From contig JAOJBP010000005.1 in the NCBI GenBank assembly GCA_028228555.1, positions 20,197 through 84,196 of the forward strand: 64,000 nt of DNA, in the 5' to 3' direction. The notes under the pieces were generated by a model. It did not search any database. It was not told the DNA's origin and saw nothing but the letters and a program-made list of their open reading frames with translations. The stretch's first letter is position 1. Each line of letters starts with the position of its first letter. The translations under genes and the position numbers were made by a program. Shown in pieces: positions 60,977 to 64,000 of this stretch. Origin of the DNA: Candidatus Thioglobus sp. Its GTDB lineage: Bacteria > Pseudomonadota > Gammaproteobacteria > PS1 > Pseudothioglobaceae.

Positions 60977-61762
60977 TTAAGATAATAAGCGCTCTATGAC
61001 AAACTTAGAGCCGAAATAGGCAACGACTAATAACCCAAATCCAATTTGAGTAGCGGTAATCGCTTGTTTTCCACGCCAACCAAAAGTGCTTCGTCCAATC
61101 ACTAGTATTGCAAAAATACCCCAAGCAATGATCGACAAAATAGTCTTATGCATCAGTTGCTGTGCAAAGAAATTATCAATAAAAATAAAGCCACTAATTA
61201 AAGATAAAGTTAGCAGATAAAAACCAATTCTTAAATTTTGGAACAGTAATCTTTCCATGGTTTGCAGAGGCGGCAACTTATTAATAAAAACGTTAATACT
61301 ACGATCATGAAGATGGCGCTCTTGAACTTTCAATAAGATTGATTGACATACAGCTAAAGCCAATAGGGCGTAAGCAGTTATTGATAAAAAAACATGTGAA
61401 GCGATACTTAAAGGAATGAGGTTATCGCCAGTATCTGGAAATAAAATACCAAACACCAATGACAAAGCTGCTAATGGATAAACCAAAATTCCCAGCGCAT
61501 GTACAGGTTTAGAAATAGAAGAAAGGAATAGCAAAATAGCCACCAACCAGCCAACGAAAGACGTGCTATTTGCTAGTCCAAATACAACACCATCAGGCGT
61601 CCAAAAATTAGTAAAGGTAAGTGTTTGAGCAATAATAGCAAAACTAATGAGTAATGAGGTAGTTTGTTGGCGAGGATGCTTAAGTTCATTCTGGCTAAAA
61701 AAACGCATCAGCAAAAGGGCTGCAGCAAGGTAAGCTGATATTGCGAAATAAGATAAAAACAT
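60977..61762 (-). CDS. ypjD: YpjD/CcsA-like cytochrome c assembly family membrane protein
   Basis: About 8 TM; SHVFLS, LPPLQTME, HKTILS and YFGSKFV motifs; divergent from ffh as in many Proteobacteria. Confidence 0.85.
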   Translation of the reverse strand: MFLSYFAISAYLAAALLLMRFFSQNELKHPRQQTTSLLISFAIIAQTLTFTNFWTPDGVVFGLANSTSFVGWLVAILLFLSSISKPVHALGILVYPLAALSLVFGILFPDTGDNLIPLSIASHVFLSITAYALLALAVCQSILLKVQERHLHDRSINVFINKLPPLQTMERLLFQNLRIGFYLLTLSLISGFIFIDNFFAQQLMHKTILSIIAWGIFAILVIGRSTFGWRGKQAITATQIGFGLLVVAYFGSKFVIERLLS

Positions 61763-61825
61763 ATTTAACTTGTTGGATTAATACAAGCTATTATAATACG
61801 ATACTTTGATTCAATAATTGTAATA

Positions 61826-63247
61826 ATGTTTGATAATTTAACCGAGCGCCTATCCAATAGTTTTAAAACCCTTCAGGGTAAAAGTAAACTTTCCCAGTCT
61901 AATATTAAAGAGGCTATTCGCGAAGTTCGTCGAGCTTTATTAGAAGCCGATGTAGCGCTTGAGGTTATCAAAGCCTTTTTGGATCGTGTACAAGAAAAAG
62001 CATTAGGTTTAAAAGTTGGCGAAGGACTCAACCCTTCCCAGGCTTTTATCAAGTTAGTTGAAACTGAATTAACCGACATTATCGGCGGTGAAAACAAAAC
62101 CCTAGATCTTAAAACTCAACCGCCAGCAGTGGTTATGGTGGCAGGTCTTCAAGGTGCAGGTAAAACAACTTCTATCGCTAAGCTGGCGCACTATCTAAAA
62201 GAACGTGAAAACAAAAAAGTATTGGTCGTTAGTGCGGATGTTTATCGTCCAGCTGCTATTGAGCAGTTAGAGGTTTTAGCCAAACAGGTTGGAATAGATT
62301 TCTTCCCATCAAGTATTGATCAAAAGCCAGAAAAAATAGTTGCCGATGCTAAAAGACATGCGCAAAAACAATTTCATGACGTGCTTTTGGTTGATACTGC
62401 TGGCCGTTTGCATGTAGATAGTGAGATGATGGATGAAATTCAAATCTTGCAAAAACAAGTCAATCCTATTGAAACCTTATTCGTAGTTGACTCAATGACT
62501 GGCCAAGATGCAGCGCATACAGCCAAATCTTTTGCAGATGCATTGCCATTAACGGGTGTTATCTTAACTAAAACTGATGGTGATGCACGTGGCGGTGCTG
62601 CACTGTCTGTGCGCTATATTACTGGTAAGCCAATTAAGTTTTTGGGTGTTGGTGAAAAAATTGATGCGCTAGAACCTTTTCATCCAGATCGTATTGTTTC
62701 AAGATTATTGGGCATGGGTGATGTGTTATCTTTGGTGGAAGAAATTTCACGAAAAGTTGACCATAAAAAGGCAGAAAAATCCGTTAAAAAAATGGCCAAA
62801 GGTCAGTTTGATTTATCCGATATGCGTGATCAGCTCTTACAAATGGAGCAAATGGGTGGCATGGAAGCCTTGATGGATAAAATGCCTGGCATGGGGCAAA
62901 TTCCTCAAAGTGTTAAAAATCAGATGATGGGTGGGGTGGATACCAAGCGTATGGTAGCCATTATTAATTCCATGACGCCCAAAGAGCGATCACATACCAA
63001 ACTCATTAAAGGCTCTCGCAAAAACCGTATTGCCAAAGGCTCTGGCACCGGCCCACAAGACGTTAACAAGTTGTTAAAGCAATTTGAGAAAATGCAAAAA
63101 CAAATGAAGAAAATGGGCGGCGGAAAAATGCAAAAAATGATGGCAAAAATGGCGGGTGCTCAAGGTGGAGAAATGCCAACGGGTATGCCAGATCTATCCA
63201 AGATGAAATTACCTGGTATCGGTGGTGGAAACAAATTTCCTTTTTAG
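61826..63247 (+). CDS. ffh: Signal recognition particle protein
   Basis: GLQGAGKTT, DTAGR, TKTDGDARGG, Met-rich M domain. Confidence 0.98.
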   Translation: MFDNLTERLSNSFKTLQGKSKLSQSNIKEAIREVRRALLEADVALEVIKAFLDRVQEKALGLKVGEGLNPSQAFIKLVETELTDIIGGENKTLDLKTQPPAVVMVAGLQGAGKTTSIAKLAHYLKERENKKVLVVSADVYRPAAIEQLEVLAKQVGIDFFPSSIDQKPEKIVADAKRHAQKQFHDVLLVDTAGRLHVDSEMMDEIQILQKQVNPIETLFVVDSMTGQDAAHTAKSFADALPLTGVILTKTDGDARGGAALSVRYITGKPIKFLGVGEKIDALEPFHPDRIVSRLLGMGDVLSLVEEISRKVDHKKAEKSVKKMAKGQFDLSDMRDQLLQMEQMGGMEALMDKMPGMGQIPQSVKNQMMGGVDTKRMVAIINSMTPKERSHTKLIKGSRKNRIAKGSGTGPQDVNKLLKQFEKMQKQMKKMGGGKMQKMMAKMAGAQGGEMPTGMPDLSKMKLPGIGGGNKFPF

Positions 63248-63568
63248 AAAACACTTATAAAAATTTCGAAAATAATGCGAATTGCAATATTTCTAGATTT
63301 AAAAGACATTAATCACCCTTAAAAAGACTAATTTAAAGCCAAAAAAAGCATTTTTGAGTGGTTTTTATCTGAAATATTGCTGTTATAGTAAAGACTTATA
63401 ATGCAATGACCATAATTTCGGAAATAATCGAAATGACTGGTTTCATCCCTAAATAACAAGTATTTTTTTATTCTGCAAGGCGAAGTTTGTAAAGTTTGAT
63501 TGAGCATAATCAATCTATGCGATTGAAAATTTTAAAAATCTAACAAAACAGAAGGGAAAAATAAGAAG

Positions 63569-64000
63569 CTATTTTATTCGGTATCTGGCAGATTGAGCAT
63601 GCGCTTGCAACCCTTCACCATCAGCAAGTGTTGCAGCAATTTCGCCTAAGACATTAGCGCCTTCATCAGATACCATGATTAAGCTTGATTTCTTTTGGAA
63701 GTCATAAACACCTAGGGGCGATGAAAAACGTGCTGTGCCAGATGTCGGTAAAACATGATTTGGACCTGCGCAATAGTCACCTAAAGATTCACACGTGTGA
63801 CGACCCATAAATATTGCACCCGCATGTTTAATGCCGTCGAGCATGCTTTGTGGATCTTCAACTGACAACTCTAAATGCTCAGGAGCGATCTGATTAGAGA
63901 TCTCAACTGCCTCATCCATGTCTTTGGTTAGAATAAGAGCGCCACGGTCTTTTAAAGCAGTGGCAATAATAGCCTTACGCTCCATTGTTGGTAATAATTT
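63569..64000 (-). CDS. hisD: Histidinol dehydrogenase, 3' part (starts beyond the window)
   Basis: [27 protein letters not shown]. Confidence 0.95.
   Translation of the reverse strand, partial: KLLPTMERKAIIATALKDRGALILTKDMDEAVEISNQIAPEHLELSVEDPQSMLDGIKHAGAIFMGRHTCESLGDYCAGPNHVLPTSGTARFSSPLGVYDFQKKSSLIMVSDEGANVLGEIAATLADGEGLQAHAQSARYRIK

Noticed and set aside
63328-63513. 61-aa minus-strand ORF downstream of hisD
   Set aside because: No SD, no recognisable motif and composition like AT-rich intergenic DNA; not called as a gene.
63787-63798. TCACACGTGTGA palindrome as a parS site
   Set aside because: It lies within hisD codons and lacks the TGTT/AACA flanks of the parS consensus.

Overview
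AT-rich gammaproteobacterial chromosomal segment, mostly housekeeping. The gene set (DsrC-like protein, SoxW-like thioredoxin, BigR/SqrR-like repressor, compact intergenic spaces) suggests a sulfur-oxidising SUP05/Thioglobaceae-type organism; this is inference, not a database result. Contents in order: ccmCDE-dsbE, hupB, tRNA-Val/Asp, ppiD, fabI, a BT1 transporter-lspA-thiO-DUF1566-recJ operon, a DUF285 autotransporter, thrS-infC(AUU)-rpmI-rplT-pheST-ihfA, msrA-moeB, glyA-nrdR-radA, tesA-ABC, an MsrA-Trx-MsrB fusion, a riboswitch-controlled btuB-btuM-cobO operon, serC-pheA-hisC-tyrA-aroA, lepB, ctpA-parAB, tRNA-Arg-lgt-thyA, rnc-era-recO-pdxJ-acpS, ubiG, two bcp genes, lepA, ffh and partial hisD. 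I saw no integrase, transposase or CRISPR array. Best candidates for undescribed biology: (1) an orphan Cas6/Cmx6-like gene upstream of soxW and head-to-head with rnc; (2) a tandem-duplicated module of tiny membrane proteins missed by the ORF track, whose copies differ only at synonymous sites over 54 codons; (3) a stand-alone 60-aa gene with highly-expressed-type codons; (4) a cysteine-free DsrC paralogue ending in GGY; (5) a long palindrome enclosing the pheS promoter. Family calls are by motif recognition from memory; no searches were run.
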